From Oscillospiraceae bacterium (lineage in GTDB: Bacteria; Bacillota; Clostridia; Oscillospirales; SIG627): 64,000 nt of DNA. The DNA is taken from positions 5,038 to 69,037 of the forward strand of contig SVTV01000008.1 in the NCBI GenBank assembly GCA_015063605.1. Reading direction: 5' to 3'. This document shows positions 54,875-61,816 of this stretch, in pieces; within the stretch, counting starts at the first letter, position 1; each line of letters begins with the position of its first letter. Position numbers and translations under genes: made by a program. Under the pieces are notes generated by a model. That model had not been told where the DNA came from. It did not search any database and worked only from the letters and a program-made list of their open reading frames with translations.

Positions 54875-57373
54875 ATGTCAATCCTTTTTAAATGTAAAAT
54901 GTGCAACGGTAACCTTGAAATAGCAGAAGGTATCACCGTTACGGAATGTGATTATTGCGGTACAAAGCAAACAGTACCGAAAGCTATTGATGAAAATTTG
55001 CAAAATCTTTTCAATAGAGCCAATACTCTGCGTATCAAGAGCGAATTTGACAAAGCGGAAGAGCTTTATGAAAAGATAGTACAAGCAGATACAACGCAAT
55101 CGGAAGCGTATTGGGGGCTTATCCTCTGCAAATACGGTATAGAATACGTGGATGATCCCGCAACATTCAAAAAGATCCCCACATGCCATAGGGCTTCATA
55201 TGAATCAATAATTGCCGATGATGATTACAAATCGGCACTTGAAAACGCCGATTTAAGTCAGCGTGCCGTTTATGAGGAACAAGCAAAGGAGATCGACAGA
55301 ATACAAAAGGAAATCCTTGCTCTTGCACAAAAAGAAGAAACTTACGATGTATTTATCTGCTACAAGGAGACGGATTCCGACGGTCACAGAACGCAGGACA
55401 GCGTAATTGCAAACGATATTTATTATCAGCTTACAAATGAAGGATTCAAAGTTTTCTATGCCGCAATAACTCTTGAAGGAAAGTTAGGTTCAGCTTATGA
55501 ACCTATCATCTTTGCTGCGCTCAATTCCGCAAAGGTAATGCTTTCCATTGGTACAAAGCCAGAATATTTCAACGCTGTTTGGGTCAAAAACGAATGGTCA
55601 AGATATTTGAAGATAATCAAGAATGACCGTTCAAAGCTTCTTATTCCGTGCTACCGCGATATGGATGCATATGAGCTTCCCGAAGAGTTTGCACATCTCC
55701 AAGCGCAGGATATGGCGAAGATAGGTTTTGTCAATGATATTATTCGCGGTATCAAAAAGGTAATTAAATCCGATGAACCGAAAGCAACAGTAATTAAGGA
55801 AACGGTTGTTTCCGAAAGCAATACCAACACCGCACCCCTTTTGAAGCGCGCCTTCATGTTCCTTGAAGACGGAGAGTTTGATAAGGCAGATGATTTCTGC
55901 GAGCAGGTCCTCAACCAAGACCCGGAATGTGCCGAGGCATATTTGGGTAAATTGATGGCAGAGCTGAATGTAAAAGCAAGAGAATCTCTTAAAAACTGCA
56001 GTGAGCCTTTTGACAGTAAAAACAATTATTCAAAGGCTATGCGCTTCGGAAATGAAGCCTTGAAAAAAGAGCTTGAAGCGTGCATTGAGCATATCAAAGC
56101 AAGAAACGAAAATAAGCGAATAGAAGGAATATACAACGCCGCAGTCAAAGCAATGAATTCCGCAAAAAGTATGTCAGATTATAGAAAAGCAATATCGTTA
56201 TTTTCTGAGATAGATTATAAGGATTCAAAGGACTTGAGAGAGAAATGTATTTCGGAGATGCAAGAATTTTCAATTAAAAAGAAAGAATTGTCAAAAATTA
56301 TTGAAAAAATCCAGATTAAAAATTCTCAAATAAGTATTTCTGCCGGAACGGATTTTTCAGTGGGGTTGTTATCCAATGGGAGAGTTGTCACGAACTTTGA
56401 TACAGGGCTGTATTCTCGCGAGCGCGACTTTTCGAAGTGGTCGCAAATAATTGCTATTTCCACGTATTATCATACTGTGGGATTGAGATTGGATGGAATG
56501 GTTGTTGCTCATGGTTTGAACTGCTACGGTGAATGTTACGTTATGGGATGGACAGATATTGTTTCTGTTTCTGCGGGCGAAAGACATACAGTTGGATTGA
56601 AATCAGATGGAACTGTTATTGCAACAAAATATCTTGATGGCAATGGTTATGGCTACGACGGTCAATGTGATGTTTCAGAGTGGTCGGATATTATTGCTGT
56701 TTCTGCAGGGAGTCATCACACGGTAGGTTTGATTTATAACGGAAGAGTAATAGCTGTTGGTGGGAATAATTTTAGACAATGTAATGTTTTGAGATGGTCG
56801 GATATTATGGCTGTATCTGCTGGTAGCTATCACACCGTAGGATTAAAAACCGATGGAACGGTTGTTGCTGTTGGTAGAAACGAAAACGGTCAATGTAATG
56901 TTAACGGATGGTCGGATATTATTGCTGTATCTGCAGGAGGAAATCATACCGTAGGATTGAAAGCCGATGGAACGGTTGTTGCCGTTGGAGGGAACGAATG
57001 CGAGCAATGCGAAGTGAGCGAGTGGGCTAATATTGTTGCTGTATCTGCAGGAGGAGGTCATACCGTAGGGTTGAAATCTGATGGTACGGTTATTGCTGTT
57101 GGTAGAAACGAAAGGAGGCAATGCGAAGTGAGCGAGTGGGCTAATATTGCGCTTCCGATTAAAGCAGAAACAAGAGCTGAATATATATCCATGAGATATG
57201 AAATCATGAAACGGAGCCTGCAAAAGCAACAAAGAATGCAAGAGCAGCAAAGAATGCAAGAGCAGCAAAGAATGCAGTATAGAAACGCAGGCGTGTGTCA
57301 GTATTGTGGCGGTAGGTTTAAAGGCATGTTTTCTAAAATTTGTGTAAAATGCGGCAAAAAGAAAGATTATTAA
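54875..57373 (+). CDS. multidomain protein: N-terminal zinc ribbon, TPR-like helices, TIR-like domain, TPR-like linker, seven RCC1-like beta-propeller blades, Q-rich repeat, C-terminal zinc ribbon
   Basis: The N-terminal ribbon is CKMC..CDYC (aa 7-28). The TIR-like core is YDVFICYKETD...AVWVKNEWSRY (aa ~156-295; nt ~55340-55759). Seven repeats of (W)SDI(I)AVSAG..HTVGLK.DGTV.AVG span aa ~487-758. QQRMQE occurs 3 times. The final ribbon is CQYC..CVKC. Confidence 0.75.
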   Translation: MSILFKCKMCNGNLEIAEGITVTECDYCGTKQTVPKAIDENLQNLFNRANTLRIKSEFDKAEELYEKIVQADTTQSEAYWGLILCKYGIEYVDDPATFKKIPTCHRASYESIIADDDYKSALENADLSQRAVYEEQAKEIDRIQKEILALAQKEETYDVFICYKETDSDGHRTQDSVIANDIYYQLTNEGFKVFYAAITLEGKLGSAYEPIIFAALNSAKVMLSIGTKPEYFNAVWVKNEWSRYLKIIKNDRSKLLIPCYRDMDAYELPEEFAHLQAQDMAKIGFVNDIIRGIKKVIKSDEPKATVIKETVVSESNTNTAPLLKRAFMFLEDGEFDKADDFCEQVLNQDPECAEAYLGKLMAELNVKARESLKNCSEPFDSKNNYSKAMRFGNEALKKELEACIEHIKARNENKRIEGIYNAAVKAMNSAKSMSDYRKAISLFSEIDYKDSKDLREKCISEMQEFSIKKKELSKIIEKIQIKNSQISISAGTDFSVGLLSNGRVVTNFDTGLYSRERDFSKWSQIIAISTYYHTVGLRLDGMVVAHGLNCYGECYVMGWTDIVSVSAGERHTVGLKSDGTVIATKYLDGNGYGYDGQCDVSEWSDIIAVSAGSHHTVGLIYNGRVIAVGGNNFRQCNVLRWSDIMAVSAGSYHTVGLKTDGTVVAVGRNENGQCNVNGWSDIIAVSAGGNHTVGLKADGTVVAVGGNECEQCEVSEWANIVAVSAGGGHTVGLKSDGTVIAVGRNERRQCEVSEWANIALPIKAETRAEYISMRYEIMKRSLQKQQRMQEQQRMQEQQRMQYRNAGVCQYCGGRFKGMFSKICVKCGKKKDY

Positions 57374-57396
57374 TAATTTACATAGTTTAACAACGC

Positions 57397-57447
57397 AAAA
57401 GACTTGTACCAGATAACTCAACTGAAAAGTACAAGTCTTTTCTTTTA
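57397..57447 (+). terminator. rho-independent terminator after the TIR/RCC1 gene
   Basis: AAAAGACTTGTAC...GTACAAGTCTTTT stem followed by a TCTTTT run. Confidence 0.85.
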
Positions 57448-57577
57448 TTCAAATATTATAAAACCTTTTTTACATATTCATTTCAATATATCGGACAAGT
57501 CATCCAAATCAACTGTAGGCAGTTTAATGGAATCGCTTTCAATGAACATAAGCATATAAACAGGATTTGCTGCGATT

Positions 57578-57650
57578 ATGACATTTATGCAATATCTTAC
57601 AAGAAGAAAATGACATTTATTCCGATTGAAAAACGGCAAAAATGACATTT
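57578..57650 (+). repeat. three phased direct repeats ATGACATTT (32-bp spacing)
   Basis: Copies lie at 57578-57586, 57610-57618 and 57642-57650. Confidence 0.6.
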
Positions 57651-57735
57651 TTGAGATTTTCATTAAATAGATACAAATTTTATTTTCCCTCAAAAGCAAA
57701 AATCTGTGATCAACGAAGGAATTCGGAATTTTATC

Positions 57736-57764
57736 TTGACACGCATCGTAAAATGTTATATAAT
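57736..57764 (+). promoter_or_regulatory. consensus sigma-A promoter for the glutamine synthetase gene
   Basis: TTGACA, 17 nt spacer, TATAAT. Confidence 0.6.
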
Positions 57765-57840
57765 AAATATGTGATCATATACGGTGGGGAATTGTCACCG
57801 TTATGATGCGAATGTTTAATTTTAAGGATGTATAAATTTT

Positions 57841-59940
57841 ATGGATATATCGTCTGTTTTCGGTTCATTGGTTTTTAATGATGACGTAATGCGGGAGCGT
57901 TTGCCCGCAGAGGTCTATGAGGAGTTTCACGCTTGTGTAGATCAAAGACGTTCTCTCGATGTAAATACCGCCAATGTTATAGCTTCCGCAATGAAGGATT
58001 GGGCAATAGAGCATGGTGCGACCCACTATACCCATTGGTTCCAGCCTATGACGGGATATACTGCCGAAAAGCATGACAGCTTCATAAGCCCCGATAAAAA
58101 CGGAAAGGCGATAATGGAATTTTCCGGCAAGCAGCTTATAAAGGGCGAGCCCGATGCCTCCTCATTTCCGTCGGGCGGTCTCAGAGCCACATTCGAGGCA
58201 AGAGGATATACCAATTGGGATCCCACATCCTACGCATTTATAAAAGAAAATACATTGTGCGTTCCCACCGCATTCTGTTCCTACAGCGGTGAAGCGCTTG
58301 ACAAGAAAACACCTCTTCTCCGTTCCATGGAGGCTATCCATGATGCGGTAGTGGAGATCATGGATATATTGGGTATCAGATGCGATTCCGTGGAGACCAC
58401 GATAGGTCCCGAGCAGGAATATTTCCTTGTGGACAGAGCCGCCTTCAAAAAGCGCCGCGACTTGATATTTACGGGCAGAACGCTTTTCGGTGCCGCACCT
58501 CCCAAGGGTCAGGAATTGGGCGACCATTACTTCGGCGCCATACGTCCCCGTGTTCTCCAATTCATGAGAGCCCTTGACGATGAACTGTGGAAGCTGGGCG
58601 TTTTTGCAAAAACGGAGCACAATGAGGGCGCACCTTCCCAGCATGAGCTTGCTCCCGTGTTTACTACGGCAAACGTTGCGGTAGACCACAACCAGATGAT
58701 AATGGAAATGATGAAAAAGATAGCGGCTAAATTCGAGCTTGCATGTCTTCTTCATGAAAAGCCCTATGCCGGTGTCAACGGCTCGGGTAAGCACGTCAAT
58801 TGGTCTGTCGGAATAAACAATGAAGGAAGCCTTTTCAAGGCAGGGGATAACCCCCGTGAAAATACGATCTTCCTGCTTTTCTCCTGTGCCGTTATAGCCG
58901 CAGTTGACGAAAATCAGGATCTTCTCAGAATATCGTGCGCCGGTGCGGGTAACGATCACCGTCTCGGCGGTCATGAAGCACCTCCCGCCATAATCAGTAT
59001 ATATATTGGAAACGATCTTGAAAATATATATGAGGCTCTTGCGGGAAATGCGGATTATGTAAAGTATAAGAGGGAGCAGATGGAGACGGGCGTTCACGTA
59101 TTGCCTCAGTTCAAGAAGGACACCGCCGACAGAAACAGAACGAGTCCCTTTGCCTTTACGGGCAATAAATTCGAATTCCGTATGCCGGGCTCATCCTTCT
59201 CGGTATCCGATGCGGGTACGGTTCTCAATGCCATAATGGCAGATAAGCTGAGAGAATACAGTTCAAAGCTTCGCGGCATTCCTCAGGGCGAAAAGATGAA
59301 GGAAGCTGTAGAAAAGCTTATCGGCGAGGAATACAATAAGCACAGAAGGATCGTTTTCAACGGAAACAACTATTCCGAGGAATGGGTAAAGACTGCGGAG
59401 GAAAGAGGACTTCTCAATCTTCCCTCAACTGCGGACGCTCTTCCTTATCTTGTAAGCGAAAAGAATATTGCTCTTTATAAGCGTCAGGGTATATTCAGTG
59501 AAAACGAGCTTCATTCCCATCTTGAAATATATTACGAAAACTATTGCAAGACCGTATCCATCGAGGCTGCAACGATGATATCTATGGCGAAAAGGGAAAT
59601 AATTCCCGCTATAGAAAGGTACATCGGCGAGCTTTGCAGAACAGGCAAGGCAAAGAAGGAGCTTTCCGACGATATCTGCTGCGCTTATGAGAAGAAGGTC
59701 GTGACAAGACTTGCTTCCGATGTTGCGGATGCCGACGGATTTCTGGACGAGCTTGAAGAGGCCTTGGCAGATGCAAAGCTTCTCATGGCTTCCGACGCCT
59801 ACGGTGCGGTCAGGGCTTTCAGGGATAAGGTCATCCCTGTAATGGAAAAACTCAGAAAGGTATGCGATGACGCGGAAACGCTTGTTTCCAAGGAATATTG
59901 GCCTTTCCCCACATACGGAGAGCTTTTGTTCAGCTTTTGA
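57841..59940 (+). CDS. glnN: type III glutamine synthetase
   Basis: 699 aa, the size class of GS type III. It has the N-terminal GSIII-like region (THYTHWFQPMTG) and catalytic-domain motifs (GPEQEYFL, NGSGKHVNWS, APSQHE). Confidence 0.9.
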   Translation: MDISSVFGSLVFNDDVMRERLPAEVYEEFHACVDQRRSLDVNTANVIASAMKDWAIEHGATHYTHWFQPMTGYTAEKHDSFISPDKNGKAIMEFSGKQLIKGEPDASSFPSGGLRATFEARGYTNWDPTSYAFIKENTLCVPTAFCSYSGEALDKKTPLLRSMEAIHDAVVEIMDILGIRCDSVETTIGPEQEYFLVDRAAFKKRRDLIFTGRTLFGAAPPKGQELGDHYFGAIRPRVLQFMRALDDELWKLGVFAKTEHNEGAPSQHELAPVFTTANVAVDHNQMIMEMMKKIAAKFELACLLHEKPYAGVNGSGKHVNWSVGINNEGSLFKAGDNPRENTIFLLFSCAVIAAVDENQDLLRISCAGAGNDHRLGGHEAPPAIISIYIGNDLENIYEALAGNADYVKYKREQMETGVHVLPQFKKDTADRNRTSPFAFTGNKFEFRMPGSSFSVSDAGTVLNAIMADKLREYSSKLRGIPQGEKMKEAVEKLIGEEYNKHRRIVFNGNNYSEEWVKTAEERGLLNLPSTADALPYLVSEKNIALYKRQGIFSENELHSHLEIYYENYCKTVSIEAATMISMAKREIIPAIERYIGELCRTGKAKKELSDDICCAYEKKVVTRLASDVADADGFLDELEEALADAKLLMASDAYGAVRAFRDKVIPVMEKLRKVCDDAETLVSKEYWPFPTYGELLFSF

Positions 59941-59973
59941 TAATTTTATCGCGTCATCATCGGAAATATAAAT

Positions 59974-60726
59974 ATGGCGGAAAATCTTCATGCACATCAC
60001 CGTTCAAGATTGAAGGCGAGATTTCTCAAGGAGGGTCTTGAGAATTTTGAGAAGCATAATATTCTTGAATTACTGTTGTTTTTTGGTATCCCTTATATGG
60101 ATACGAATGAGATAGCCCATGTGCTCCTCGACAGATTCGGTAGTATTTCAGGGGTATGTGATGCCCCTTACAGCGAGCTTATAACCGTAAAGGGGATAAA
60201 GGAGAATTCCGCAACTCTGCTGAAGCTTATTCCCGAGCTTGCGAGAGTTTACTGTGAAGAAAAGTACAATGTGGATCCGTTGAAATTTTCATACGGAATG
60301 CTCGGTGAGTATTTCGTCGCAAAATTTCTCGGAATAAATAAGGAGCATGTCCTTGCGGCGTTTTTTGATAACGATCTTAATCTGATAACCATCGAGACGA
60401 TCTATGAGGGCGATGTGAATTCCTCCTTGCTTCCCATGAGGAAGCTTGCACAGCTTGTGATCTCCACAAATGCTTCGGCTGTGGTTCTTGCACATAATCA
60501 TCTTTCGGGTGTACATATAGCATCGAATGATGATATGGAGACAACCGGCAGAGTTCTCGATTTTCTCAATGAAATGAGAGTTACTCTTCTCGACCATTTT
60601 ATCGTGGCAAAGGATCACTACGGAAGTATCATGCCCGATAATTACAAGGAAAAGTATGAAAAGGCTGTGGCTTTGGAGGCTGAAAGCAAAAAGAGGAGAA
60701 AGAAAGAGAAAAGCAGTTTGAGATAA
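59974..60726 (+). CDS. radC: RadC-like JAB-domain protein (UPF0758)
   Basis: N-terminal HhH region (HHRSRLKARFLKEGLENF..ELLELLLFF) and JAMM-like HNHLSG. Confidence 0.85.
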   Translation: MAENLHAHHRSRLKARFLKEGLENFEKHNILELLLFFGIPYMDTNEIAHVLLDRFGSISGVCDAPYSELITVKGIKENSATLLKLIPELARVYCEEKYNVDPLKFSYGMLGEYFVAKFLGINKEHVLAAFFDNDLNLITIETIYEGDVNSSLLPMRKLAQLVISTNASAVVLAHNHLSGVHIASNDDMETTGRVLDFLNEMRVTLLDHFIVAKDHYGSIMPDNYKEKYEKAVALEAESKKRRKKEKSSLR

Positions 60727-60828
60727 ATGCTTTTTTGATAAAGGTTTTATTTTGGTTTTAAGATCGGTTTTTGCATCATGCATTAACCGATTTTTCTCCC
60801 CAAAATGCGGAAAAAGAGGTGAAACACT

Positions 60829-61530
60829 ATGAAAATAAGCGGAATACAAAAATTGACTCTCCTTGATTTTCCCGGGAGAACGGCGTGCACCGTTTTTCTT
60901 TCGGGTTGTAATATGCGTTGTCCCTTCTGTCATAATTCCGATCTTGTATTCGGAAAGGCGCCGCAGATATCCTCTGATGAGCTTTATTCACTTCTTGAAA
61001 AGAGAAGAGGCGTTCTTGACGGCGTATGTATAACCGGCGGTGAACCACTTCTGTACGAAAATACGGAGGAGCTTATAAGAGAGATCAAGAGACGCGGTTT
61101 TCTTGTAAAGCTTGACACAAACGGAACAAAGCCGGAACTGCTTGAAAAATTATTGAATAACAAATTATTGGATTATGTCGCTATGGACATAAAAAGCTCC
61201 CCCGAGGGATATGCTAATGCTGTAGGTATAGAGAATTTCGATATGACTCCGATCCGCCGCAGCATCGATCTTCTGAAAAACAGCGGTATCGAATATGAAT
61301 TCAGGACTACAGCCGTAAAACAGCTCCACGGAGAAAAGGAATTCAAGGGGATAGCAGATCTTGTAAAGGGCGCAGATAAATTTTTTATCCAGAAATTCAA
61401 GGATTCGGGAAATATTCTCGGTCACTTCACGGGTAAGATGCTGTTTATGGATCCTCCCGGAGAGGAAGATATAAGGCTCTTTTCGGATATAGTATCCGAG
61501 GTCGTTTCCTTCGTCGGAATAAGAGGCTGA
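60829..61530 (+). CDS. nrdG: anaerobic ribonucleoside-triphosphate reductase activating protein (radical SAM)
   Basis: The CNMRCPFCHN radical-SAM cluster motif lies near the N-terminus, and the size is ~233 aa. Confidence 0.9.
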   Translation: MKISGIQKLTLLDFPGRTACTVFLSGCNMRCPFCHNSDLVFGKAPQISSDELYSLLEKRRGVLDGVCITGGEPLLYENTEELIREIKRRGFLVKLDTNGTKPELLEKLLNNKLLDYVAMDIKSSPEGYANAVGIENFDMTPIRRSIDLLKNSGIEYEFRTTAVKQLHGEKEFKGIADLVKGADKFFIQKFKDSGNILGHFTGKMLFMDPPGEEDIRLFSDIVSEVVSFVGIRG

Positions 61531-61602
61531 TAAATTCTTTGTTTCTATGTAGCAATGTACGATATATATGGTATATCAGCCTTTTTTTTGAATATTCTGA
61601 AT

Positions 61603-61660
61603 ATACGGTATATTGTGTAGATTCGGAAAAAGATAATAAAAAATACACTATATCTTGTGA
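61603..61660 (+). promoter_or_regulatory. two candidate NrdR boxes
   Basis: ATACGGTATATTGTGT (61603-61618) and ACACTATATCTTGTGA (61645-61660) match the remembered consensus acaCwAtATaTwGtgt at 13/16 and 14/16. The centres are 42 bp apart. Confidence 0.5.
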
Positions 61661-61667
61661 TTTGCTA

Positions 61668-61696
61668 TTGACAAAACACGAAGGATATGATATAGT
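61668..61696 (+). promoter_or_regulatory. sigma-A-type promoter for nrdD
   Basis: TTGACA, 17 nt spacer, TATAGT. Confidence 0.5.
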
Positions 61697-61816
61697 ATAG
61701 TACACATAGTAAATTAGGGTTTCAAGGACGGGTCTCCCGTCCGATATTTATACAAAAAGGCGAAAAACGGAAAAAGAACAGAAAAGAACAGAAAAGAACA
61801 GCAGGAGAGATTACAG

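Noticed and set aside
54875-57373. Calling the TIR-containing gene a Thoeris ThsB.
   Set aside because: No ThsA (SIR2/Macro-SLOG) gene is adjacent, and the protein is a large multidomain fusion unlike stand-alone ThsB.
56843-57421. 192-aa minus-strand ORF with an internal LLLLHS repeat.
   Set aside because: It is antisense to the RCC1/Q-repeat region, and its repeats simply mirror the sense-strand repeats.
57478-57699. 73-aa minus-strand ORF between the TIR operon and glnN.
   Set aside because: It has no RBS, spans the phased ATGACATTT repeats, and has AT-rich low-information composition.
58162-59097. 311-aa minus-strand ORF (and 59425-60000 on the minus strand).
   Set aside because: Both are antisense shadows within or at the end of glnN.
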